Source of the DNA: Cyclobacteriaceae bacterium
GTDB taxonomy: Bacteria; Bacteroidota; Bacteroidia; Cytophagales; Cyclobacteriaceae
Assembly: GCA_025455225.1 (NCBI GenBank)
Contig: JALOMY010000001.1
Location: forward strand, 1-44,560
Reading direction: 5' to 3'
Length of the DNA stretch: 44,560 nt
Shown here: piece by piece, positions 35,801 to 44,356 of the stretch
How positions within the stretch are numbered: position 1 is the stretch's first letter
Layout of the letters: every line of letters begins with the position of its first letter
The notes under the pieces: model-generated
The model's input: the letters and a program-made list of their open reading frames with translations, nothing else
Told to the model about the DNA's origin: nothing
Databases searched by the model: none
Translations under genes and position numbers: made by a program

Positions 35801-36172
35801 GTGGAAGAGAACAAACCAAACGGCAGGGATGAAATATTCTCTGCCAAAGTAAAAGCGGGTAAGCGAACCTATTTCTTTGATGTAAAGTCCACCCGCGGTA
35901 ATGATTATTACCTGACCATCACCGAAAGCAAAAAACGCTTCAAGGAAGATGGATTCACGTATGAGAAGCACAAAATCTTCCTTTACAAGGAAGATTTTAA
36001 CAAGTTTCTCGAAGCACTTAACAACACGGTAAATCACGTTAAAAACCAATTAATGCCGGACGTTGATTTCAGCCAGTTTGATCAAATTCACGACAACCAC
36101 GAAGAAGTGCATGCCTCGGAACCGGCCATTAAGGAGAATAACCACAATAATTCAGAGCTTAAATGGGACTGA
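35801..36172 (+). CDS. bacterial PUR-alpha-like nucleic-acid-binding protein (DUF3276)
   Basis: 123 aa with a GTG start. It has IFSAKVKAGKRTYFFDVKSTRGNDYYLTITESKKR...KHKIFLYKEDF.KF...L, the PUR-repeat pattern. A strong terminator follows. Confidence 0.75.
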   Translation: MEENKPNGRDEIFSAKVKAGKRTYFFDVKSTRGNDYYLTITESKKRFKEDGFTYEKHKIFLYKEDFNKFLEALNNTVNHVKNQLMPDVDFSQFDQIHDNHEEVHASEPAIKENNHNNSELKWD

Positions 36173-36195
36173 TTTTACTTAACTAATTCATATTG

Positions 36196-36228
36196 AAGCC
36201 TTTGGTCAGACCAAAGGCTTTTTTATTT
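36196..36228 (+). terminator. intrinsic terminator after the PUR-alpha-like gene
   Basis: AAGCCTTTGG-TCAGA-CCAAAGGCTT forms a perfect 10-bp stem, followed by TTTTATTT. Confidence 0.85.
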
Positions 36229-36257
36229 CTGACAATTAAGCATTTGGGGTAAGCTTT

Positions 36258-36265
36258 TATATTTG
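36258..36265 (+). promoter_or_regulatory. candidate -7 promoter element (TATATTTG = TAnnTTTG) for ychF
   Basis: An exact motif match ends 25 nt upstream of the ychF ATG and lies just after the upstream terminator. Confidence 0.4.
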
Positions 36266-36289
36266 CGGCCTGTTATAAACTAATTATAC

Positions 36290-37387
36290 ATGGGCTTGCA
36301 GTGCGGAATAGTAGGACTACCCAACGTGGGTAAATCAACCTTGTTCAATGCCATTTCCAATAATAAGGCGGAGGCTGCAAACTTTCCGTTCTGTACCATA
36401 GAACCTAACGTTGGGGTAATTTCTGTACCTGATCCACGTCTGAAAACTTTGGAAGACCTGGTTAATCCACAGCGTGTGATCCCTGCAACTATTGAATTTG
36501 TTGATATTGCCGGCCTTGTAAAAGGTGCCAGCAAAGGGGAGGGATTAGGCAACCAATTTCTGGCCAATATACGTGAGGTGGATGCTATTGTACATGTAAT
36601 CCGATGTTTCGATAATGACAACATCGTGCATGTAGATGGACGTGTTAACCCGGTTGCCGATAAGGAGATAATCGATACCGAACTTCAACTTAAAGACCTA
36701 GAATCGGTGGATAAGAAAATCAACCGGGTTGAAAAGATTGCTAAAAGCGGGGATGCAAAGGCTAAAAAGGAACTATCTGTTCTTCAGATTTATAAAGACG
36801 CTTTGCTGGAAGGAAAAAATGCCCGGGTAGTCGATGTTTCTGAAGAGGATAAAAAGGCAATTGAGGATTTGCAGCTATTAACAGCTAAGCCGGTGATTTA
36901 TGTCGCTAACGTAGATGAAAAGTCAGTACACACCGGTAATGAATATGTGGATGCCTTACGGAACCTGGTCAAATCGGAGCAAGCCGAAGTTGTTGTTATT
37001 TCAGCCGCTATCGAAGCCCAGATTGCAGAATTGGAATCGGAAGAAGAACGTAGTGTCTTTCTGAAGGAATATGGCTTGGAGGAATCAGGACTTAATAAGC
37101 TAATCCGGGCCTCCTACAGCCTGCTTAATCTGATTACATACTTTACGGCAGGTGAAAAGGAAGTACGGGCCTGGACCATCAAAAGAGGGTGGAAAGCGCC
37201 TCAGGCAGCAGGGGTAATTCACACCGATTTTGAGAAGGGATTTATCAAAGCTGAAGTAATTAAATTATCTGATTATCAACAATATAAGACCGAGCAAGCC
37301 TGCCGGGAAGCAGGTAAAATGGCAATTGAAGGAAAGGAGTATGTGGTTCAGGATGGTGACATTATGCACTTCCGTTTTAATGTATAG
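36290..37387 (+). CDS. ychF: redox-regulated ribosome-binding ATPase YchF
   Basis: 365 aa with [43 protein letters not shown], and the C-terminal TGS domain (RAWTI..G..AP.AAG.IH.DFE.GFI.AEV). Confidence 0.97.
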   Translation: MGLQCGIVGLPNVGKSTLFNAISNNKAEAANFPFCTIEPNVGVISVPDPRLKTLEDLVNPQRVIPATIEFVDIAGLVKGASKGEGLGNQFLANIREVDAIVHVIRCFDNDNIVHVDGRVNPVADKEIIDTELQLKDLESVDKKINRVEKIAKSGDAKAKKELSVLQIYKDALLEGKNARVVDVSEEDKKAIEDLQLLTAKPVIYVANVDEKSVHTGNEYVDALRNLVKSEQAEVVVISAAIEAQIAELESEEERSVFLKEYGLEESGLNKLIRASYSLLNLITYFTAGEKEVRAWTIKRGWKAPQAAGVIHTDFEKGFIKAEVIKLSDYQQYKTEQACREAGKMAIEGKEYVVQDGDIMHFRFNV

Positions 37388-37515
37388 ATGTGTAAATATT
37401 CAATCGGGTATTGCTTAATTTTTTAATTTTTTTGTAGCTTTATAATCCGCTCATTATCAGGTTAAAGCGGGTCTTCAGGTTTAGGCATTTTTTAACCACA
37501 TTTATTTTTTGACAC

Positions 37516-38316
37516 TTGAGAACCAGAATCATTTTTTCGCTTAAGAACAGGGGAGCCTATGTACCGTTCCACCATCAGTTTTTACTTGCTCAGTTCATAA
37601 AGGGCCTATTGATGTTTGGACCTGACAAGTCATTCAGAACATATACACAGTTTAATTTCTCCGGTTTAAAGGGTCAGACTAAAATCAGCAGAAAAGGACT
37701 ACACTTTTATTCATCAAAAGTCACCCTCGTCTTTGCCTGTACAGACAAAGTATTTCTGGATTATTTTCTGGGACGGCTATTTGAGCAGAAGGATATCATG
37801 CTGGGCAGTCTTCATCTGAGTCCGGAAGCCGTTGAGACAGAAGTACCGGCAGAAATATATTCCGAATCCCGGTTCTTATGTATTTCACCTATTGTGCCTA
37901 TTCCTGCCTCTTTCAATGATGACCAGGGAAAAAAATTCATCTCACCCGATACAGACGAATTTTCAGATTTACTGTATGATTCAACACTTTCCAGAATGGA
38001 AGAAAGCGGACGGTTCACGGCTGAACAATTAGCAAGCTTTTATAAGTTTCAGATTGTTCCTGATGCCGGATATTTGCAGAAATTACAGGAAGCCAATAAG
38101 AAATTTGCCAGGATTTACCCGTTATACGATAACGATATAAAATTTGAAGTCCGGGGTTATACGTTTCCTTTTACACTATATGCAGCCCCGGAAGTTCAGC
38201 AATTCATATATGAATATGGTCTCGGCCATTTTACACACAAAGGCTTTGGAATGCTTGACGTTGCGGGAAACGATTCGGTTAAGCGGGAACCTCGAAAGGA
38301 TGTAGTTTACGCCTGA
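37516..38316 (+). CDS. Cas6-like RAMP endoribonuclease homolog (solo; no array or cas partners in the window)
   Basis: 266 aa with a TTG start. The N-terminus reads MRTRIIFSL...YVPFHHQFLLAQFIKGLL (compare the VPYNHQYYLQGLIY element of archaeal Cas6). Mid-protein has F.CISPIV. The C-terminal glycine-rich loop is YGLGHFTHKGFGML, matching G-h-G-x5-G-h-G. Confidence 0.65.
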   Translation: MRTRIIFSLKNRGAYVPFHHQFLLAQFIKGLLMFGPDKSFRTYTQFNFSGLKGQTKISRKGLHFYSSKVTLVFACTDKVFLDYFLGRLFEQKDIMLGSLHLSPEAVETEVPAEIYSESRFLCISPIVPIPASFNDDQGKKFISPDTDEFSDLLYDSTLSRMEESGRFTAEQLASFYKFQIVPDAGYLQKLQEANKKFARIYPLYDNDIKFEVRGYTFPFTLYAAPEVQQFIYEYGLGHFTHKGFGMLDVAGNDSVKREPRKDVVYA

Positions 38317-38382
38317 TTTCCGTTGATTACTTTTACACTAAAATCCTGAACTTAATCGTTTATCGAATAGTTAATTAAGCGT

Positions 38383-39081
38383 ATGAAGTTGTTTCGTTAC
38401 TTTCTTGCTCTTTTCAGTGTGTTAACCGTGTTCATGTTCAGCACGTGTGATGAAGATGAACCTGATTCGGATTTAGGGCGTGCTGTATACGATAAAAGTG
38501 GTAATCAATATTCAACCATTAAAATTGGAGACCAGGTTTGGTTAAAAGAAAACCTACGCACTACACTCTATAACAATGGCGATCCGATAAGTACTACCGC
38601 CAATGCTTCAACTGATATTTCAGCTGAAGGATCGCCAAAATACTGGTGGATCTATTTTGATGGGAGCGATCCGGTTGGAACCAGTGTAGGGCGCCTTTAT
38701 ACGTGGCATGCATTAAATGATGCAAGAGGTGTGTGCCCTCCCGGATTTCGGGTGCCGGTTGAAGATGATTGGATTGAATTAGCCAATTTTCTGGGTGGTA
38801 ATTTATTTGCCGGTGGCAAGTTGAAACTGGAAGGAACAGGAATCTGGAATGCACCTAATTCAGGGGCGACAAACGAGGTAAATTTCGATGCTTTGCCGGG
38901 TGGTTTTCGACAGCCGGATGGTACTTATGTCGGATACGGAACTTCGGCTTTATTTTGGACCTCAACCTCTTCAACCGTTGATACGGCTATCGGATTTACC
39001 TTATCTAACCAAAATACGGTCTTAGGTACAGCAACACAGGATAAAAAATACGGAGCCTCCTGCCGTTGCATTGAAAATTAA
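38383..39081 (+). CDS. FISUMP-domain lipoprotein (Fibrobacter succinogenes major paralogous domain)
   Basis: 232 aa with lipoprotein signal ...VFMFSTC-D. It has Y.T.KIGDQVW..ENL......NGDPI, GRLYTW.A......CP.GFRVP...DW..L...LGG...AG.KLK..G...W......ATNE..F.ALPGG.R. Confidence 0.85.
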   Translation: MKLFRYFLALFSVLTVFMFSTCDEDEPDSDLGRAVYDKSGNQYSTIKIGDQVWLKENLRTTLYNNGDPISTTANASTDISAEGSPKYWWIYFDGSDPVGTSVGRLYTWHALNDARGVCPPGFRVPVEDDWIELANFLGGNLFAGGKLKLEGTGIWNAPNSGATNEVNFDALPGGFRQPDGTYVGYGTSALFWTSTSSTVDTAIGFTLSNQNTVLGTATQDKKYGASCRCIEN

Positions 39082-39083
39082 GA

Positions 39084-40400
39084 TTACCGCAACCGTGGAT
39101 TCTTTTCAAAGCGGAGGTAACCAATCAAGACATCAATTTGTCTCTGAAATTCCCTGTAGTACACAAAAATTTCATAGCCATTTTCGGTTTGAAAATAGCT
39201 TCCTTCAAAATAATGGGAAGGCAGCGTTGTTGATTTAACACTGTATTGGTAATCATACCAACCTTGTTTTAGAAGGAACTTTGCCTGGTAGGTGCGCGAC
39301 TGCGCATCGTATTGCATTCGGGTTGATTCGTCTTGGATCCATTGGTTAAACGATCCAACAGCGTAAACATCTCCGTTTATCCTCTCCGGAGAGGCTAACG
39401 TGAACGCCACGTCCAAATAATTGGCAGCATTGGTAATCCGGTAGTCGTAATTATCAAGCATAAAATTACCATTGATGTCTTCGTACTGTGAATAGGCTTC
39501 GCTTGCTCGGTTTTTATCTTTTTCCAGATAGGCGGTCCAGGGCATTGCAGATTTATCCATGTAGGCCACATTTCTGCCTGGATAGTTAATGGAACGCAGA
39601 TCGAAAAAGCGAAATTCATTCCCACCTTTAATAAGATCTGTATCGCTGAAAAACCGATACTCAAGTTCATTGTTAAACTCCCGAACAAAAGAAGGTTTTA
39701 CTTCCTGGGCAATATTATCCCATCGTTGATTTTGCCTGATCGATACATTAACGGTTTCTATCGGGTTAATCATCGCGAAGTTTTTATAGTTAACAGTGAA
39801 GTTTATCTGTTGATTCTGAACCGCAGCACTTCCGGAAGTAATCATATTTTCTTCTCGCTGGAAGGTTACCCGTTGATCATAAACCATGAATCGCTTACTT
39901 AACACAATATCATCCCGGTCACTTCCCCGGTACACAACAACAACATAATTGCCGGGCAATTTAACAGCAGGAAGCATGACCCAGTAATGAACGTAGGGAA
40001 TCCAGGTATCGAGTGAAAACTCAAAATCATTGATCGGGAATTCATTGTAATCATGAAGAAAATCTAGATCCATGAGGGATGATTTCGTCCAGTTCTGATT
40101 GCAATGAATGATTCTCATTGAATAGGAGTCCCGGTCAGTATGTAAATCATCGAATTCCAATACAAGATTCCATTGCCCCATACGGGTAACAGAAGGTTGC
40201 ATTTGCATGGCAGGAGTTGGCAGAGCCGGGAATACACGTACAGTTTTGATATTTTCTTCGTAGGTCCGGTCGGCTAATTCAAGTTTTTTGTTATGGTATT
40301 TATTAAAGGAAATACCCGTTACCGGGTTTGAAAAAGCTGCCAAAACAAATACAAGCACTATAGGGTGTTTCATACTTTTAAAAGTAAAAATATAATCCAT
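39084..40400 (-). CDS. DUF5103-like protein (T9SS plug-protein family candidate)
   Basis: 438 aa with a signal peptide. It has IKTVRVFP...P.......L.LEFDDL......Y...I.HCN.NW..S.L....FL..Y.EF.I.....S..T..PY.HY....P, which I associate with the DUF5103 / T9SS plug N-terminal domain. The assignment is from memory only. Confidence 0.55.
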   Translation of the reverse strand: MDYIFTFKSMKHPIVLVFVLAAFSNPVTGISFNKYHNKKLELADRTYEENIKTVRVFPALPTPAMQMQPSVTRMGQWNLVLEFDDLHTDRDSYSMRIIHCNQNWTKSSLMDLDFLHDYNEFPINDFEFSLDTWIPYVHYWVMLPAVKLPGNYVVVVYRGSDRDDIVLSKRFMVYDQRVTFQREENMITSGSAAVQNQQINFTVNYKNFAMINPIETVNVSIRQNQRWDNIAQEVKPSFVREFNNELEYRFFSDTDLIKGGNEFRFFDLRSINYPGRNVAYMDKSAMPWTAYLEKDKNRASEAYSQYEDINGNFMLDNYDYRITNAANYLDVAFTLASPERINGDVYAVGSFNQWIQDESTRMQYDAQSRTYQAKFLLKQGWYDYQYSVKSTTLPSHYFEGSYFQTENGYEIFVYYREFQRQIDVLIGYLRFEKNPRLR

Positions 40401-40465
40401 AAGCCTGCCAACTTTTTTAATTGGGGGTGTGTCTAATTAACCGAAAAGCCCGTTATATAGCGTGC

Positions 40466-41017
40466 ATGCTCAACGAAAACGAGCTTATAGAAAATTGCAG
40501 GAAAGGCAAACGAGCCTCCCAAAAGGCTTTGTATGACCTCTATTGTAAAAAAATGATGGTGGTATGTTTACGGTACTCGAAATCTATTGCCGAGGCCGAA
40601 GACATTCTTCAAGAGGGTTTTGTAAGGGTATTTCAAGGATTAGATGGGTTTAGGCAAGACGCTAGGCTTGAAACGTGGATGACAAGGATTATGGTGAATA
40701 CAGCCCTCAACCACCATCGAAAAAAACTCTACCTCTTTCCAATGGTTGACGTTGAAAAAACCAACCTCATTGAAAGTGAAATCAGCCTCTCGGGAATCCA
40801 TTTCACTCAATTGCTTGAAATGATTCAATCTCTTCCGGAAGGTTGCCAGATTGTCTTTAACCTGTTTGCCATTGAAGGGTATAGTCATAAAGAAATTGCA
40901 GAGCAGCTGGGGATTTCCGAGGGCACTTCCAAGTCACAATATGCAAGAGCTCGGAAACTTTTACAGGAAAAGCTCAATCGCGAATCACATAACTTAAAGG
41001 CCTATGGAAAGCAATAA
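40466..41017 (+). CDS. ECF-type RNA polymerase sigma-70 family factor
   Basis: About 183 aa. Region 2 reads LY..Y...M..VC.RY......AED.LQEGF..VF. Region 4 reads LP.G...VF.L...EGYSH.EIA..LGISEGTSKSQ..RAR..L. I prefer the ATG at 40466 over the TTG at 40421. Confidence 0.9.
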   Translation: MLNENELIENCRKGKRASQKALYDLYCKKMMVVCLRYSKSIAEAEDILQEGFVRVFQGLDGFRQDARLETWMTRIMVNTALNHHRKKLYLFPMVDVEKTNLIESEISLSGIHFTQLLEMIQSLPEGCQIVFNLFAIEGYSHKEIAEQLGISEGTSKSQYARARKLLQEKLNRESHNLKAYGKQ

Positions 41018-42410
41018 TTTTGAACGGCAGTGGAAGGATGCATTTCAGGGTGCTGAAGCTTTACCTTCAGGCAGCGTGTGGACCAACGTAGAATTAGATC
41101 TTGAGAAGGCGGCTGGGCGGAAAATGAAACAGCGCATACTTTTTTATAAGTTAATGGCTGCTGCATCATTAATTTTTGCATTGGGCCTTGCCGGGGTTTA
41201 TTATGTTGAACGCTTTTCTATTATTGACTCGATGGCAAACAATGGTGCAGACAATTTAAGTCCGGACAAAATAGTTAAATCTCAATCATCGCAATCAATC
41301 GATCGATTTGAAGATTCCGGGTCGGAAGAGTCAGATGGATCTTCTCAGTCAGAATTGAATCAAGAGGTAAATCAAACACGTTCTGACCTGAAAAAACCTT
41401 TTGAACCAACTTACCAAACCACGCAAAGTGAATCGCCTTTCCTTTTCATGGATGATCATGAGAGCAAGTCGGCTAAGAGTAAAATTGTGTCATCAGATGA
41501 AATTGGAAGCATAAAGAATTCAAATGACCTTCGTTATCCAGGTTTAATTGCCCAGGATTATCCCTTTAGCAAATCGGCATCCAATCTTACAGCCCTGTCT
41601 GTAAAAAAGCCTGCGTTTCCAAAACCACAATCCAATGCTGATCCGGGTATGGTATTACTCGCTCAATTAAAGGATCAGGAGAGCCGATTTAATGAGGAAC
41701 ATCGAAAAGTTGAATCAGAAAAAATTTGGAGTTCCCTTGGATTCGGTGCAGGAACGTTTAATCCGAATTCACCACAATCCTCTACTGTACGAAATAGCCT
41801 GAGTAGTGGTAATACGAGCAATGTGTCCAATAATCCTTCACCGGGTTCAAGCTATTCCGTGGGTTTACAGGTAGGCGGAAAATTAACAGAGCGATTGGTG
41901 CTCCAGGGAGGTATTTCCTACCTGACTCATAATGCATCGTATTCTTCTAACCTGGTTTCAATGGAATCAGCTTCCATGCGGGCGGTATTGAATGATTATG
42001 CGTTTAGTAATTCTTCATCGGTAGCCACTAGTCCGTACGGTGTTTCCAGCAATCTTCAATACATCAGTTTACCGGTTCAGGCGGGATATATTCTTCTGGA
42101 TCGTAAGTTTGCTATTCAAATTAATGGAGGCATCGCCACGGACGTGTTTTTGCAAAACACCTTAACGCCTGATTCAGATACCATTGATCCTGTTTCCCAG
42201 GGGCCTGGAACGGATTCACCTTATCGACCTGTTAGTTTCAGTGGTCTGGCAGGAACTGAACTAAGTTACCGGGTGGCAGATCGTTACCGGATTGCTTTAA
42301 ATCCCGGCCTGAGGTATGCATTAGGTTCAATCTACAAATCAGACTATGCATTTGACGTTGAGCCGCTAACCATTGATGTTGCTTTGAGATTTCGATACAT
42401 TTTTAAATAG
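41004..42410 (+). CDS. anti-sigma-like membrane protein fused to a C-terminal OMP-type beta-barrel domain
   Basis: 468 aa, overlapping the sigma gene by 14 nt. It has a short N-terminal cytoplasmic segment and one TM (FYKLMAAASLIFALGLAGVYYV). A low-complexity Ser/Asp/Glu/Gln-rich linker of roughly 200 aa follows. The C-terminal ~190 aa has alternating beta-strand periodicity and ends ...VALRFRYIFK. Confidence 0.7.
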   Translation: MESNNFERQWKDAFQGAEALPSGSVWTNVELDLEKAAGRKMKQRILFYKLMAAASLIFALGLAGVYYVERFSIIDSMANNGADNLSPDKIVKSQSSQSIDRFEDSGSEESDGSSQSELNQEVNQTRSDLKKPFEPTYQTTQSESPFLFMDDHESKSAKSKIVSSDEIGSIKNSNDLRYPGLIAQDYPFSKSASNLTALSVKKPAFPKPQSNADPGMVLLAQLKDQESRFNEEHRKVESEKIWSSLGFGAGTFNPNSPQSSTVRNSLSSGNTSNVSNNPSPGSSYSVGLQVGGKLTERLVLQGGISYLTHNASYSSNLVSMESASMRAVLNDYAFSNSSSVATSPYGVSSNLQYISLPVQAGYILLDRKFAIQINGGIATDVFLQNTLTPDSDTIDPVSQGPGTDSPYRPVSFSGLAGTELSYRVADRYRIALNPGLRYALGSIYKSDYAFDVEPLTIDVALRFRYIFK

Positions 42411-42468
42411 ACTTACAACGGTTGTACGTTGGATAGGGTCTAATCGATATAAACCAAAACCTGAGTGT

Positions 42469-43782
42469 ATGAGAGCTACGCCATTCCGCATTACATTTTC
42501 GGCTGCATTGCTTGTAGCGGCTGTAATTAGTTTCCAGTTGATGCTTTCCGGATGTACCGATCAGTGTACAGAAACCTATTCATTTACCTATTACGAACCC
42601 GTTTTTACTCCCTTATCAGAAATACGGAATAGTGTTTCAGTGGGAATTCCTCAACCGTTGGAAGAGGTGGGTAAAATTTATTTCAAAGATGGCTATCTGT
42701 TTGTAAACGATCCCGGAAAAGGTATTCATGTAATTGACAACCAGGATCCGTCTAATCCGGTTAAGAAATATTTCATCAACATTCCGGGCAATTATGACCT
42801 TTCGATCCGCAATACCATTCTGTATGCTGATAGTTATATTGACCTGGTGGCACTCGATATTTCTGACCTCAACCAGGTAAAGGAAGTTGGTCGTCTTGAA
42901 AATATTTTCAGTGGTTATAACAGCATGGGATTTTATGCCGATAGTGAACGGGGCATTGTAACCGAATGGGTTGAACGAAAGGATGTACAGGTAGACCGCT
43001 CATCGTGTGAAGGTATTATGGAGACGTGGGGTGGTATCTATTATAGGGGAGGAATAGCCTTAATGGACGGAGCAGCCTTTAGCTCTAAAGCCGCTATCAG
43101 TCCCGGCAATACTACCGGTGTGGGAGGCTCTATGGCCCGATTTACTATCAACAATGATCATCTCTATATGCTGGATGCGGGATCAATTCATACGGTTGAT
43201 ATTGGTATTCCGGCTTCGCCTGAGAAAAAGTCATCCCAATATTTTCGATGGGATATTGAAACCATTTTCCCTTACGAGGATAAATTATTTATCGGAGCAC
43301 AAAGTGGCATGCATATATTCGATCTGTCTGACCCTGATAATCCCACATTTGCCAGTACCTATGAGCATATTAACAGTTGTGATCCGGTGGTTGTCGATAA
43401 TGATATCGCGTACGTAACCTTACGTTCAGGAAATGAATGTAACGGGTTTACCAATCAACTGGAGGTTTTGGATGTGGAGGACTGGACGGCACCGGAATTG
43501 ATAAAAATTTACCCGATGCACAATCCGCATGGGTTAGGAATTGATAATGAACTCTTATTTCTCTGCGATGGAGATGATGGACTTAAAATTTACAATGTTG
43601 CTGATAAGCAAAGTATTGATCAGCATTTAATCAAACATTACCATACAATTCACGCATACGATGTCATTCCAATAAATGGCGTATTGATGTTAATTGGCGA
43701 AGATGGTATTGTTCAATATGATTATTCGGATCCAGAGAACATTACGAAAATCAGCCATTTAAAAATTCAAAGTGGAAGTTAA
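42469..43782 (+). CDS. LVIVD-repeat beta-propeller lipoprotein
   Basis: 437 aa with lipoprotein signal ...FQLMLSGC-T. It has at least 7 repeats of the pattern h-Y-h....G-h-.-h-h-D-h-S-D-P..P, for example LFVNDPGKGIHVIDNQDPSNP, LFIGAQSGMHIFDLSDPDNP and LFLCDGDDGLKIYNVADKQ. Confidence 0.8.
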   Translation: MRATPFRITFSAALLVAAVISFQLMLSGCTDQCTETYSFTYYEPVFTPLSEIRNSVSVGIPQPLEEVGKIYFKDGYLFVNDPGKGIHVIDNQDPSNPVKKYFINIPGNYDLSIRNTILYADSYIDLVALDISDLNQVKEVGRLENIFSGYNSMGFYADSERGIVTEWVERKDVQVDRSSCEGIMETWGGIYYRGGIALMDGAAFSSKAAISPGNTTGVGGSMARFTINNDHLYMLDAGSIHTVDIGIPASPEKKSSQYFRWDIETIFPYEDKLFIGAQSGMHIFDLSDPDNPTFASTYEHINSCDPVVVDNDIAYVTLRSGNECNGFTNQLEVLDVEDWTAPELIKIYPMHNPHGLGIDNELLFLCDGDDGLKIYNVADKQSIDQHLIKHYHTIHAYDVIPINGVLMLIGEDGIVQYDYSDPENITKISHLKIQSGS

Positions 43783-44356
43783 CCGGCTTTTAATCGTTCT
43801 CTTTTTATTGAGTTCGTATTGGGGTAAAGCTCAAAATGATTCAATAAACACAAGCACACGATATTTCAATACATTCATGAGTGGTGCTTTAGTGGGTTGC
43901 GGAGACTGTAACCGGGGAAAGGATTTTACTTTAAGTTTTACGACTTTTCATGGAATAGCCTGGAAAAGTGGAGTTCGGTTGGCCGTAGGTGGGGGATTGG
44001 ATGTCTATAACGACTGGCGTATGATTCCGGTTTTACTGGGCATCACCTATGATAAGCAAAAGCGAGCACAAGGATTTTATATACACCTCAATTCAGGTTA
44101 TTCGTTTGCTCAATATTTACAGGAAGAACCCGGTGAATTTGTTGAGATAAAGGATGAAGGCGGGTTCACGGTTAATCCGATGTTAGGCTATCGCATCGGG
44201 TTGGATAAAATCCGGATTTACATTCAGGGCGGGTATAAATATCAAAAAGCATTTACCGGAATCTATTACGACAGCTTCTGGGGATCTCCATACAGCATTG
44301 AGCGCAAATATGAACTTCAACGATTTGTTATCCAGATGGGATTTGGTCTCCACTAG
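43772..44356 (+). CDS. hypothetical small outer-membrane beta-barrel-like protein
   Basis: 194 aa with a GTG start overlapping the upstream gene by 11 nt. It has a signal peptide (LLIVLFLLSSYWGKAQ), and alternating hydrophobic/Gly/Tyr strands throughout. Confidence 0.55.
   Translation: MEVNRLLIVLFLLSSYWGKAQNDSINTSTRYFNTFMSGALVGCGDCNRGKDFTLSFTTFHGIAWKSGVRLAVGGGLDVYNDWRMIPVLLGITYDKQKRAQGFYIHLNSGYSFAQYLQEEPGEFVEIKDEGGFTVNPMLGYRIGLDKIRIYIQGGYKYQKAFTGIYYDSFWGSPYSIERKYELQRFVIQMGFGLH

Noticed and set aside
36280-36624. A 114-aa minus-strand ORF overlapping the 5' end of ychF.
   Set aside because: It is antisense to one of the most conserved bacterial GTPase/ATPase N-termini ([16 protein letters not shown]), so the plus-strand frame is unambiguous.
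37388-38382. I looked for a CRISPR array or leader flanking the Cas6-like gene, in intergenic 37388-37515 and 38317-38382.
   Set aside because: Both spacers are short and AT-rich, and contain no repeated 25-40-nt unit. Only weak 4-5-bp hairpins are present.
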